Assembly (NCBI GenBank): GCA_002104905.1
Contig: MCFE01000393.1
Span: forward strand, 18,452 to 82,451
From: Basidiobolus meristosporus CBS 931.73
Taxonomy: Eukaryota; Fungi; Basidiobolomycota
Length of the DNA stretch: 64,000 nt
Reading direction: 5' to 3'
In this document: one piece after another, positions 11,683 through 23,499 of the stretch
Position numbering within the stretch: the stretch's first letter is position 1
Layout of the letters: each line of letters starts with the position of its first letter
Notes under the pieces: generated by a model
What the model was told of the DNA's origin: nothing
What the model saw: only the letters and a program-made list of their open reading frames with translations
The model's database searches: none
Translations under genes and position numbers: made by a program

Positions 11683-13501
11683 TCAAAAATTTTCTAGTTG
11701 GCCAAGTGGAGTTAGTAGGTGCGTGGGACCTTGGGAAGGTTACGGACTTGGAAATACCTTTGTTGTAGTAGAACTTGGTTCCGTCTTCCTGTGGCTGGTT
11801 GAACTTGTTGCAGTAGGTGTGCAGCTGCTTGCCCAATGGCTTTGGTCCACAGAAGAACACTCCCACATCAGTGGCTGGGTGATGATGGCACAAACCACTG
11901 AAGATCTGATCAAGATTTGGTCGTCCGTAATGGGTAGGTGCGCGTAACCCAGTCAGCGCATCCTGGTATCCTTCCTCGTCGTTGATGATCACGTTGTTCA
12001 CCTCATCCTGCTTTAATCTGCCGGTCAAATAGGTGTGGATCTCGATGAACTGTTCGATATCCTCCTCTTCGATGGCCTTCAAAAGATCCTGGAACCATAC
12101 AAATGCCTGGACAGAAGAAATGTTACTTGCTCAGTCCCACATCAGAACCCTATGGAATCTCCTTTCTCACCTCTTTGTCTCTGCAAATCCAGAAGAAGTA
12201 GACCTTGCGGAGTCTGGTCGACTTCATGGGGTAATTCACTCGATACCAGATGGACTTCAGGATGGACGCGAAGGGAGTGACTCCGATACCCGCACCGACC
12301 AACACCGCCACCTCGTAATTGAACACATCTTCACTAGCGGATCCGAACGGCCCATCTACCATCACCTTGGGTAGGATCTTGTTAACGGGGGCCTTGGGAT
12401 TGATAGGATTCGGCTCCTTGGAATCCACATCGCATCCCAATCTCTTGGCGAGCTGTTTCGTGAAATTCCCGACCACGCGAATATGGACAGAAAGGTAGTC
12501 CTCCTCCGGCGCCGAGGTCAAGGTAAAAGGATGCCATTGATGCAGAGACACTTCGGGGCAGCATAGAAAGATGTACTGGCCAGCTTGTGAATGGAAATAG
12601 TCTTTCTTGATCTGGATCTCGACGACCTTCGACGGATGAAGCACCACTTTGGAGATGAATGTCCGATGGCGTCCACGCACCTCTCGCAGGACACGCTCGC
12701 AGAGGTAGATCGTTCCCGAGGCTACCCAGTACTTCCAGAAGGACCCTCCGGTACTGCAGTACGGGGGTCTGTCCGGTTTGATTAGACAAAACATGCCATG
12801 AATGGAGAACAAGCCAAAATAGATGGCGAACAGATGGTGGGAGTACCAAAACAGTTCGAAATTTCTTTTGCGAACACTCTTCAATCCGCATATGCAGATC
12901 ACCATGAGGGCAACAAGCATGACATGGCCTGTCCACCCAGGCCCAGAGACGAACGAGTACCACAGCCAGTTGTGTGCGGCGTTGGGGCCAGCAGAAGCGT
13001 AAACAAAATTGACATAATGGGCAATGGTGTGAACCCAGGTGAAAAACAGGATCGACCAGCCTGTTACCTTGTGGAAAGCAATGTTTTTGTCGAAGGGTAT
13101 GACCTTGTTCAAGGGCGTGGTACGTAGCCAAGATATAACGTTACGGCACATGGGGAATAGAATAATCCCTGTATCCACGTGCAAAGCCAGAGCGGCGGCT
13201 CTTGCGATGGGAAAGGTGATTCCGAAGGTTGCACGAGACGTTGAGAAGTTATCTCCGAAATAATAGTTGAGGAAGCCCAAACCATAAATCAGGATTTGGA
13301 CAAATATCCACAGGCAGAACCATACGTACTTCTGACCTGGATAAGCACTCGACGGTTAGAAAACGTTCTCCTGAGGGGGAGCGAAAGTGCAAAAGGCTAC
13401 TCAAGCAACTTACCATCATTAATCATCCAAATATTGACTTTCTCTCTCCATGTTGGGTTGGTCTGAATAACCGGCGGATAAGCTTGATACGGATTCAACA
13501 T
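11683..13501 (-). CDS. noxB: NADPH oxidase, fungal NoxB/Nox2 type
   Basis: WMINDG|QKYVW...RATFGITFPIARAAALALHVD...TPLNKVIPFDKNIAFHK, HPFTLTSAP, VMVDGPFG, GAGIGVTPFASILK, RAPTHYGRP, VFFCGP; spliced end YYNKENF*. Confidence 0.93.
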
Positions 13502-14371
13502 GGTGATACTTCTCACTAGCGGAATACGAAATACTGAACAGAACTGAAAGCCCTAGAGTGGCAAATATGTTCCAGAGAAGTCAAATGAAACGAATCGTTA
13601 CTGAAATTGAACAAAAGAATTAAGGTAGAAAACGAATGGAGGTTGTCTAATTAGGGTTATGTAATAAATGGATAGAGCTTAATGGCCATGTTTTTTCACC
13701 CTGATGCACCTCTAACGGGGTCTGGCTAATTATGGTATATGAGCAATCTATTAATTAATTTTGATCTCTGATTGGGATCCAGTGCGCGACAGCTCTATTG
13801 ATCGGGTATTGTATATTTGATATTGATCAGAAAGATTGCCAGTGATCCTGAACGCCAACATGGTTGCTGAGACGCCTGGAGTTGCAGAGTCGCACTGAAT
13901 GTGGTGGAATGCGCAGAAATTTGCTGGGAAATATGGTGTAACTTCGTGGCTATTATTCTGATAACACAATGTTACTCGATACTTGCTGATGAGGTACCTT
14001 CGGTTGCAGGCTGGCTATTGTTCGCCAGCTGAATCTAGAATCTCTTTTGGAGTCTAGAGGGTCTACTGAGCACCGTAGTCGGGCCATGTAACGTAGCACG
14101 CAACTATCATCCAAGATCTACTGCTCATGTGTCAAGTGCTTTCTTGATGCATAAGTAGCCCTTGCAACTGTGTCTCTATCATGGCAAGATGCTACCAGTC
14201 TGCTCGCTTTAAGATCCTTGTGAAGATTGTTTTGGTCTCCATAAACGGATATGTTTGTTGAATGGTTGGACTAATCTGTGAATGATGTGATTCACCGAAG
14301 AAAATCGAACTGAATGGATCTTTAATCAATTTTAAACTAGAGCACGGTAGATAGTGCTTCTTTGATCAGCT

Positions 14372-15070
14372 ATGATATACACCATCCTTCAGACTGCACC
14401 AGCCTTCAGGGCCAGAGGATCTAGTGATCTTGAAAAACCTGTACTTCGTTTCCAGCTTTCGAACGTGGCGGTGGAGCTCATAAATTCAGAGGTTACTTTT
14501 GAGAAGGGAACTGTCTATGTAACCGACAAGTACGTAACCAGAGACGGGACGACGAGAGCCATAGCGTGTCTACTTACTTTGAGCTACTAGAGATTTGTAC
14601 TTTTATTCCGTGAAAAGCCAGTCCGGTTTTGTCATCAACCATTCCAGCATCGTACTCCAAACGCTATCTCGCCAAGATGCTAGCGGCCCGTGTGTTTACC
14701 TCCAACTAAGTAATGACTCTACCAAACTGAATGAGGAAACACCTGAAGTCCATTGCGAGATCCGGTTTGCCCCTGACAACCTTGATTACCGTACGTTAAA
14801 GCCTATCCCCCATTTTGAATTTTCTTGCATATGTCTGACGCTTTCTTTTAGTTGACGATCTGTCGTTGGCTATTGCGGACTGTGCCCCTCAACCAGAGGG
14901 TATTGATGACTGGACACCGGAGGAGTTGGATAAGGAAGAGCTATTGGAAGCGGCGAAGGTAGGCCAGCAATATTGATTGACACCCTGGTAATTACACACA
15001 ACTAACGAGTTGATAGGCTTCTCGAGAATATCTTGATTCCATTTTGATTCCTGCACCAAAGAAAGATTAG
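14372..15070 (+). CDS. pICln/Lot5 (Voldacs domain) methylosome subunit, multi-exon
   Basis: EKGTVYVTD|...QSGFVINHSSIVLQTLSRQDASGPCVYLQL...CEIRFAPDN...|DDLSLAIADCAP...; last exon ends PAPKKD TAG 15070. Confidence 0.75.
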
Positions 15071-15302
15071 CATAGGATGGCAGTGTTCGTTTATTGCTTG
15101 AAATGAGTCTATATGCAGTCTATATCCAGTAAACAATGATGGTCTATAAATACTCGAGTTTTGTTGCCACCAAAAGGATTAAGTGTCAGGAATTGATTTG
15201 CCGAGGGTGACGTGAGCGCAAGATTAGTGGTGAGGGAAGATGCCACGGAACGTATATAAAGGTGCGGGGGAAGCGCTAGAGGATAAAGCGACCACAAGCA
15301 TC

Positions 15303-15990
15303 ATGAAGACCCGTTCCAAGACACGCAACTCGATCTCCAACAATCCGGACAACTCCTCGATGATCTCGGACCCATCTGCGCCCAAGAGTGGTCAACAGCG
15401 ACAAGGAAAGTCCAAGATTGAGCGAGAGGACCAGACGCAGCAAAATCAGCCACATCCCACCATGACCAACGAGATCTTTGATGCCCCTGTTGAGGGGGAA
15501 TTCTTGAAGTCTAGCTATCAATAACTTGAAAATGTACAGAACCGCTGAATAAATTCGTTACACACCTCTACCGGTTAGCATCTACCATTAATGGTTATAT
15601 TGGCATTACGCATCCCTGCACACCACACACCAGCAGCGACCAAGCGTTCTGAGGAAAGCGCACCTGAGACATACCCTGCTTTTTGCAGTCAATCATGTCC
15701 ACTTACGGCACTGCTGTAATATTGATTTCACGGCTTCCGTTCCAGAGAGATATAAAAGCCTGATTACCACCGTTTCCCAGTCACATCTCCTCGCAACGTT
15801 GTTAATCATGGAAGTTCCCAAGCAGACCAGCTCCGATTCCCCTGGTAACACTCAACAAGTCGATGCCGTCTCGACTACTTACGATAGCAGACCAGCGTCC
15901 GACTCGGGACAAATCTCCGAAATGGAGTATATCAAAGCGAGTGTCAATTGTGTTGTTCATGATACCAATAATGTGATTCATCACCACTAA
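15303..15990 (+). CDS. Possible small hypothetical gene(s), low complexity
   Basis: Two short S/T/Q-rich ORFs (15240..15524 and 15799..15990) with candidate GT/AG sites between them; no recognisable domain. Confidence 0.3.
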
Positions 15991-16186
15991 GCCCACAAGA
16001 TGAAATAAATGCTTGATCAACCTAGAATCCATGATGCCTAAGTTAAGCCATTAAATAGCGAGCATTAGCACTCGAGATATCACGAGATTTCCCAAAACCG
16101 GGCGAGTAATCCATATTTCAACCTCAGTCCTCACGTCTCCTTTATATCATTGTACCACTAAAGGTTAACCGAGCAACAATACCAAC

Positions 16187-17358
16187 ATGCCCTCCGCCTT
16201 CAGTGCCGTTCGTTTGAAGGTTCAGCTTAAGCTCACAGTGAATCGACTCAAGATGTTGCAGGCGAAAAAGAAATCGCTCAACAACAAGATACGTAAAGAA
16301 TTGGCTTTGCTTCTTGAGGCAGGAAAAGAGGAGAGCGCCAAAATCAGAGTACCATAGACCTTTGCATACGTTCGAGAAGCTTTCTACGGCTTATTAATCT
16401 CCATCTCGGTCGTAGGTTGAACGGGTGATTTTGGAAGATTTCCATACCGAAGCATTGGAGATTCTGGAGCTGTATTGCGAGTTATTGCTAGCCAGATTCG
16501 GTTATATCGAGCAAATCAGGTATGTTTTCTCGGGTCGTTTTGTTCTCTCCTCTTCTCATCTGGCCGATACCACTTAGCCAGTGCGATCCCGCCATTCTCG
16601 AAGCTGTGCATACAATCATCTATGCCGGGACACGTATATCAGAAGTCAAGGAATTTCTTTCCGTACGTTTCGAGTGCTACTAACATCGTCACAGCATGCA
16701 CTAACTTGAGTAATTGGTTAGATACGTGACCAATTTGCAGCCAAGTACGGCCGGGAATTTGTCCTTGGGGCTCTGGACAACAGAGATAATACTGTGAACC
16801 CAAGGGTTAGTGTAGAATATTCGTTACCACTCCTTTTTATTGTTGAGCTCACTGTGCTATATTGGTGTACAGATCATCCACAAGCTGCAAGTCCATACCC
16901 CTGAGCCTTTCCTGGTAAACCAGTACCTGTTGGATATAGCCAAGGCATACAACGTCGATTGGAAGCCTGACAACGAAAGCTTGGTAAGTGAGAGCCCCCT
17001 CTGAAGTGTATTCATAAGTGTTCTTTAATCGAGCCCCAAACTCAGGTATCCGATTTGATCAGTAACTCTGAGGATCTTCTTCACGATATGCCCGCCCTTG
17101 CAACCTCACAGATCGAAGAGCCACAGGAGTCCAAGAACCAGGTACCCCACATCATTTAGAATCCCCACCTCCAAGGGTAGTGTTAGTAACCCGTTTGCTC
17201 AGGAAAGCAGCGAGTCAGAGCTTCCCCATGAATTTCCTCATACACCCGCTAATCACCCAAAGGCTGACACCCACACCAAACCCAATCCCGAGAACTCAGG
17301 ATTGCCTGACTTTGATGAGCTGACCCGTCGCTTCGAGGCTTTGAAGAAGAGGAACTAA
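16187..17358 (+). CDS. IST1: IST1, regulator of Vps4 activity (ESCRT-III associated)
   Basis: RLKVQLKLTVNRLKMLQAKK...RKELALLLEAGKEESAKIR|VERVILEDF...LEILELYCELLLARFG; C-terminal MIM-like PDFDELTRRFEALKKRN*. Confidence 0.95.
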
Positions 17359-17524
17359 TCTAGACTTCACCCGCATCATCAATAGCTTGTTTCCTTTGTA
17401 AATACTGAATTTACATCCATCACTCTCACTTTTCCCCAATCTCAAGGAACTGGAGCGATGATTGAAAGTAAATCCAAGAAGAACGAGATATCAATCGAAA
17501 TTGAGTTTATTTTCTTTTGGATGT

Positions 17525-18562
17525 CTACAATAAAAATGGGATGATACACCACCGGTCAACGGGGAATTCCTCGAGATGATTCGAATACCACCGCCTTGGT
17601 TGAAGACAAAGTTAGCAAGGGCGTAGTAATAATCATGGGGATTCGTAAACTCTAACCTGGTCTGCACGCTTCTAGAGGCCATGCTTGCGCTTATAAGGAG
17701 GACCACCGAGAAAACCAAGGTGGTTCTGGCGATCATTGCAAATCCAAACCAAGCGAAGCATTCGAAGCAATAGTGTGGGCAGACTACCCAGCGAAACCAA
17801 CCTCGCTTGGGGACTCGATAGCTTCGCAACACGTTGTATTTACCTTTTCTAGGCCGTAGCTCCATGAGAAGCGAGTGGTGCCATAAGTTCCCCAGCCAGC
17901 TGTACATGATCAATGGTATGGGACATAGCAACTCACTTGGGCCGATCTTTCTAGGATTGCTGAGGACGGAGTAGCAGCAAGTGACTGATATAATCGAATG
18001 GTACAAAATCAAATACATCATTGAGAACTGGCAAAGGTTCCCCGCATATCTAACAAGAGCCGAGCAATGTTAGCCTGTGGGTCGCTCGTGAAAACCCCCC
18101 CCGACCATTCTCACTTTACCTATGTAGAAACAAGCATTCCAACGTACGTTTGACATATTGTGCAAACAAAAATCCAAAGGTGGCCAGGTGATAGGAATCC
18201 CGCCAGTTGCCGTATTTGATGTACAGTAGGAGGACGAGTACGGCGGGCACGAAATGGGCCGTGAACATTCCCGCCCTGGTGGTGACGGCGAGGTGGTGGA
18301 AATAGGTCTTTCGAAATTTCCCGTAGGGTGCGTGGAACTGGGAAAGAGAGTATGACAATGCTTAGTTAATATCCTGCAACCCACGGAGCCTATCGCGAAA
18401 GGTAAATGAAGAGTGGAAGAGGGAGCACTTTCAATGGAAACCCGAAGGAGTACCTCTTACATCTTTTACAATACCGTACCGTACCTTTCCTGTTCCTTCC
18501 AAGTATATGATGATCCCAGTCAGGAGAATATACATGATGGTAAGCGCATCTTGAAAGCTCAT
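17525..18562 (-). CDS. 3-oxo-5-alpha-steroid 4-dehydrogenase / steroid 5-alpha-reductase family membrane protein, multi-exon
   Basis: YSQFHAPYGKF, KRTLECLFLH, GNLWHHSLLMELR, YRVPKRGWFRWVVCPHYCFECFAWFGFA; spliced end EEFPVDRWCIIPFLL*. Confidence 0.88.
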
Positions 18563-18978
18563 CCCTCTGAGAGCAGTAAGGCTGGGGTAAGAGGGAAGAT
18601 TGGCTATTCAGGTGGCTTCCCAACTCTTTTGGACTCTAGATTGAGGCTCTTAGTTCCAAGAAAAGTGGGCAGGGAGTAGAGCTAGAGCCGGTAATCAGAA
18701 GAATCCCAAGAACTAGTATCCGCACGGTGAGTGTATAGATATCAATTTCCGTTGCAAAAGGGAACAAGCAGAGGTAACATCCCAAGTCAGGGATTGTTAA
18801 AACGTGTGACTTGTGTAGAGGTTAGGGATAATGAAAGTGAGAAAAATCGGATGCTACTATTCATGGATCCATTTCTAGTAGGAGGCAGGCGCCAGTATTC
18901 ATCAGTGGGATGTAACAATTCCTTTCCTAGTCACGATACAAGCAGCTACATCATTCCAGCAATGATGGAAGGCTAGGA

Positions 18979-19122
18979 TTAGGGGGAGGGTTAGGGTTGG
19001 GCCCAGGGGTAGATGAGGGTTTAGAGCATTACTGTGACATGATTGTCAGCTACCTACTCCAGATTCACTATGCGAAATGGTCCAATTGATGACCCTAGGG
19101 TTAGGGTTAGGGTTGGGGTTAG
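18979..19122 (+). promoter_or_regulatory. Two short TTAGGG (telobox-like) clusters in the divergent intergenic region
   Basis: ttagggggagggttagggttggg at 18979-19001 and tagggttagggttagggttggggttag at 19096-19122. Confidence 0.5.
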
Positions 19123-19290
19123 TTCAGAAATACATAATGTGTCACAAGCAACATACATCAAAAATCCCATTTGATTGGACAAGAACATTTGATTCTTGCT
19201 ACTCCTAACCCTCAAAATTCCCTTCAGCGAGAATCGATAAGAAGCTATTCCTTGTACTGGTTCAGTTTTTTCTTTCTATTTGTGATAACC

Positions 19291-21529
19291 ATGCGTCCGG
19301 AGAACCATAGCTTTCCACCTAACAGAGCAAGAGCTTACAACAATAGACAAAGAGACAATCTGACTGGCCCTAATAGTGAGGCGATTGGTGCAAGACAACC
19401 TAGGTTTAATAACGACCACCCCAACCAATACAATCGTCACAACAGAGGCTATAGCCGGCCGAACCCCTTTCCATACAACAATCAACGTGGAAGAGGACGT
19501 TACGTCCCCAATCACTTCCAACATAGAGATGTCGATGCAAACAAGGTAGCTAATTGATATGAATCTTCAAAAGAGATCCTTCCTTCTCCACATTACTGGT
19601 GCTACAAAGCAGACCTATTTTTCGAGAAACTTCTTTGAGGCAAACTTTGACCGTGCTTCTCGAAAACCCGAGTCGAGTTTGGGTTTTTGTTAAAAGATGG
19701 AGTGCCCGTGTACTTCTGGTGCACATGTGCTTAGTCTTTGGACTTTAGAAAGAATTTCTGGAAATCTCTACTCTCCCATCAACTTGTTTATCAAACTCAC
19801 CGTAAGTTTACCTTTTCAAGACGAAGCAACCTGATCGGGAGTTCAATGGATACCGTCGTGGACGGAATCCTCCAAGATATCGAGGAAACCAGCGCCCACA
19901 TTATCACTCGACGAACAATAGGCATGTTGACCAACCTTCACTCCTTCTTAAGTAGGCACTGGCCCACTCCGATGTTCGGGATTTTTTGTTAATTCCGACA
20001 TGATATTCTAGGAGAAAGGATGTCAATGTAAACCCCTCAGATAGCAAAGAGAATCCACCTTGCGGGGATGAGTTGGTGGAGCAAACTGAGTCCTCCAACT
20101 CCAAAGAGCCCACAAAAGAGGACACTCCTGTAAATACCGACCACGGGGCCCAGGAAGGTAAAGAGATAAGTACCCCACAGGAGGAGGAGACCCAGGTAGA
20201 TGAGAACGAGCATGAGAATGAGAATGAGAATGAGAGTGAGAACGAGAACGATAACGAGAATAAGAATGGGCCGGATAATAAGCAGCCCACGGAGGAAGCT
20301 TATTCAAGCATGCTAGCTCCAACATACGACGAGCCTGAGGACGTCATTTCTTTTCACGCCGACGAAGAAGACGAGATGTTGTTATTTTCAGAGGAATCAG
20401 AGGACGAGCAAGAAAAGAGTAGCTTACACACGCCATCCAATACCAATTCCTATCCCGCCGAAGCTGACAAAGCCTCGACAACAAAGGTGGTTAATGATAT
20501 AGAGGACACACAAACAGCAGATCACGAGCCTAGATCCCCGACCAAAGACGAGCGGAAAGAGGAGAAACCGAATACGGAACCCAGCGAAGAGGATTCTGGC
20601 GTCAAACGCTCCTCAAGCCACGACTCTAACCATTCTCACAAGAGATCACGAACCGCTTCACCCGCCCTACGGCCGTGGACCAAAGCCTACACGAGCAAGG
20701 GGGAGCTGTATTTCTACAACCCAGAAACGAACGAGAGCCGTTGGACATTCCCAACGGATCAAGATAGAAAAGACATCAAGCGGGAGGCTCCTCGTGATTA
20801 CGATAGAAGACCCGTCAGAGATCAGGAGCGCAAGCATAGCGGTGATCGCACATCGGATTTCCCCCGGAATCCCCCTCGAAAGGACGAGAAAGGTAAATTT
20901 TCTGATACAAAAGCTCCAACCAATTCGTCCGACCGAACAGCGTCTAAGATCGTGTATTCCGATTTTTGGCCAAGCAGCCAACTCCCGCGACGACAGATAC
21001 GCATACAATCAACCTGAACGTCGCCAGGATGCTTACAATCAATCTGAACGTCGCCAAGATGCTTACAACCAACCTGAACGTCGCCAAGACGTGTACCGCT
21101 CCACACAACCGCCTTCCTTAGCCTACACTGAGCGTTCTACCGGTATTGTTGCGATCGCACGGATTTTTTGCTGACTAGTACTTATATCCCGTCTCGTTAT
21201 CACAAGATCGCCCCTACCACCAAAGAGCCCCCAGACAACCGCCAAGGCAATATTCGCCCGACCGTCGCCTTCCCGATCGTGAGTACTCACGCTCGTCCAA
21301 TAGAATGCCTGAGGCCCAGCAGCTGCCCAGGAGCATGTACAATCCCCGAGAGAGTAGAGGGCGGCCGGATTTTGATGAGCACCGGGAATCATACCTTCAT
21401 CCTTCAGTAAGAAGGGATTTCTACGGTCGGCCCCAGTATCCTCGGATGGACAGACCAGACACAGCGAGACACAACGAGCCGCAGAGTTGGCGGTATGGGT
21501 CCAGAGTTGAAAGAGATCGCAGGAGATAG
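19291..21529 (+). CDS. Multi-exon WW-domain protein with acidic and R/D-rich low-complexity regions
   Basis: WW motif PWTKAYTSKGELYFYNPETNESRWTFP. The long exon 20073-20891 joins AANSRDDR via a GT-AG intron. Last exon ends at 21529. Confidence 0.75.
20202..20268 (+). repeat. (GAGAAT/GAGAAC)n coding microsatellite encoding an EN repeat
   Basis: gagaacgagcatgagaatgagaatgagaatgagagtgagaacgagaacgataacgagaat translates as ENEHENENENESENENDNEN. Confidence 0.9.
21001..21090 (+). repeat. 3 x 30-bp coding tandem repeat (AYNQPERRQD)
   Basis: gcatacaatcaacctgaacgtcgccaggat / gcttacaatcaatctgaacgtcgccaagat / gcttacaaccaacctgaacgtcgccaagac. Confidence 0.95.
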
Positions 21530-21831
21530 CTGGTGAGAGGCATTGTAAGCAGTTCCTTTCCAAAACACTTACTAATCCCCTGCCAGGCTTAGTCTCGACC
21601 TTACTTTGTTATATATAACACGCAACGCATCTTCTCATTCCACGCCTTCCGTATATATAATCTTTGTTGATTGCTTTCAGTAGGATACGTTTGTCATAGT
21701 CATCCATTGCTTCCATTTGAAAAGATCCACGAATAAAACTTTTCCAACGCCACGTTCGATCGCTCACATGATATTCCTCGATTCCTCCTTCTTAGGGAGT
21801 TCCGCAACCATTGTTCACCTGTACCTTAGTA

Positions 21832-22026
21832 ATGTCAAGTACCCCAGATACCCCTCTTTCAAACGACGAGCTCTGCTTCGTGTGTAAAAAGTCCCCCATC
21901 AGCTACGCTCCACGCTCATGTGGTTGCCCGACGTTGTGTAAGAAATGTGCCATGAGACAAGCCACTGGAGGGAAGTGCCGCAAATGTGGGGAGTTCTTTG
22001 CCGAGCTCAAGAAGGTTAGAGACTAG
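21832..22026 (+). CDS. 64-aa stand-alone RING-like zinc finger protein (C4C4)
   Basis: C-x2-C-x11-C-x-C-x3-C-x2-C-x9-C-x2-C: CFVCKKSPISYAPRSCGCPTLCKKCAMRQATGGKCRKC. Confidence 0.75.
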   Translation: MSSTPDTPLSNDELCFVCKKSPISYAPRSCGCPTLCKKCAMRQATGGKCRKCGEFFAELKKVRD

Positions 22027-22141
22027 ACAAGGGACGCACGAGAATGCAGTGGTTACTAAAACCCTGATACTTCCCGCCTTCGGGCACAGGTCGATGTTTT
22101 TGGAAAATAAACCAGTTTTTATTTGAACTTCCTCAGAAGGC

Positions 22142-22981
22142 TCAGTAGTGCATTCGGCAATATTCTTCTGCTTCAATATAGCTTGCCAAACCTCCGATAT
22201 CCAGTCTGCCGGTAATGGGCATCGAGTGGATAGGGGTCTTATGGTGAAGCCATTTGATAAGGTGTCCGGGCGCATCGATGGCTTCCTTAGAAGTGTGTTG
22301 CTGCTTCATCTCCAGCAGAAACTCCTCGATGTACTTCAGATCCTCTTTCTTGAACAAATAAAAGCAAGGACAGGCGAATCTGGACTTGGTCTCAGTCGGG
22401 GCGGGTTTTTCCAAGAAATGGACGATCCGGCCGGAGTCGTCCAGCTCCAATATGCCGTTCTTTCTTGTGTCCTCCACGACGTAGTGCGTGGTCAAGGAAG
22501 AGTTGAGGTGACAGAAACGTTGAAGAAAATGCTCGAGATCGAACTCTCTCAACAACAGTATATCCGCACCGATTACCAGCGTATTCTCGAGACTTCCGTA
22601 GGAGTGGATGGAAAGCTGTAGGTCCTGGATGGCGCCTAGACGGGTCTCGTTGGTGTTGGTGTGGTTGTTCAACAGGTTTTCCCGGGGGAAGCCGTGGCGG
22701 TTTGCCCACTCTTGGAATTGAGAGTAATGGGTTTCGTTCGTTATGATATATACGTTGCCCAATTTAAAGTCCGACCAACTGTTCAGCTGTGTCTCATACT
22801 TTTGAAGTAACCGCCACCAATGAGTAAGAAGCGCATCATAACTTCCAAGCGGAACCAGAGCCTTAGGTAGGCCGATCAAATGGCTGTATTCACCAGAAGG
22901 TTCATTCTTTAAATCGTTCTGTAACCGAGTACCGTATCCGGCACTCAAGAATACCACCTTCAAAGGACATCTTCCCCCCAT
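22142..22981 (-). CDS. Intronless sugar-phosphate nucleotidyltransferase (NTP_transferase fold)
   Basis: 279 aa: LSAGYGTRL...PKALVP, VYIITNE, RLGAIQDL, VIGAD, GILELDDSGRIVHFLEKP, CPCFYLF, DAPG, RLDIGG. Confidence 0.9.
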   Translation of the reverse strand: MGGRCPLKVVFLSAGYGTRLQNDLKNEPSGEYSHLIGLPKALVPLGSYDALLTHWWRLLQKYETQLNSWSDFKLGNVYIITNETHYSQFQEWANRHGFPRENLLNNHTNTNETRLGAIQDLQLSIHSYGSLENTLVIGADILLLREFDLEHFLQRFCHLNSSLTTHYVVEDTRKNGILELDDSGRIVHFLEKPAPTETKSRFACPCFYLFKKEDLKYIEEFLLEMKQQHTSKEAIDAPGHLIKWLHHKTPIHSMPITGRLDIGGLASYIEAEEYCRMHY

Positions 22982-23236
22982 CTCAAGTAAATAGAATTGG
23001 CAATGTTGGGTTCGGGTTCAGACTCAGGCTCAGCCATTCCTGAACATTGTTTGATGATTTTCCCACCAGAATGGCTGTCAAGAAACCAATTAGCACCCAT
23101 TTGTTTGGTGCTGTGTCACATCCCGCATTTGGTGACCATGCTGTTCTGGGAATGGGGATTCACCTCACCCAACACCTGTCAAAATTGCGACCATGGCTGG
23201 TGTTCGAATACATTTACGTTGATCACAAACAGCATA

Positions 23237-23499
23237 TCAATCCGACAGAGCAGATCCCAATTTGAGAAGCTGGCTTCTCACTGCATTTAGGGAAGGTTTC
23301 AGTAGGGAGGAAACATGGCTTATATAAATGGAAATGTCACACACAATACACCTTCAAAATTACTTGTGTCCCGCGTCTCAGCCAAGTGCTGGCGAATGGT
23401 AAGGCTCGCCCTTTGGGTGCGTAGGAGAGCAACTTCTTGTTCTGGAAGTGATGAAGTTCCACGATCTTTGAATTCTGACATCTTCCCACGTTGCTCCAT
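23237..23499 (-). CDS. Possible small spliced hypothetical coiled-coil protein
   Basis: MEQRGKMSEFKD...QEVALLRTQRASLTIRQHLAETRDTSNFE|VRSQLLKLGSALSD* using a GT...CAG intron; true start unknown. Confidence 0.3.

Noticed and set aside
10147-13263. Long alternative-frame and antisense ORFs over SulP and NoxB (e.g. 10695..11072, 12382..13131)
   Set aside because: Shadow ORFs of GC3-rich coding sequence, with no recognisable protein features.
778-13501. Possible sulfur/iron/redox gene cluster (Ssu1, SreA, SulP, NoxB)
   Set aside because: The genes are interspersed with unrelated housekeeping genes (NCBP2, MED6) and share no evident regulatory motif. Chance neighbourhood is sufficient without synteny data.
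18979-19122. Chromosome end or telomere fusion
   Set aside because: Only 2-4 imperfect TTAGGG units, flanked by ordinary genes.
21001-21090. CRISPR-like array
   Set aside because: Contiguous in-frame 30-bp coding repeats with no spacers, in a eukaryotic gene.
22148-22621. 157-aa + strand ORF opposite the nucleotidyltransferase
   Set aside because: Antisense shadow of a well-supported gene.
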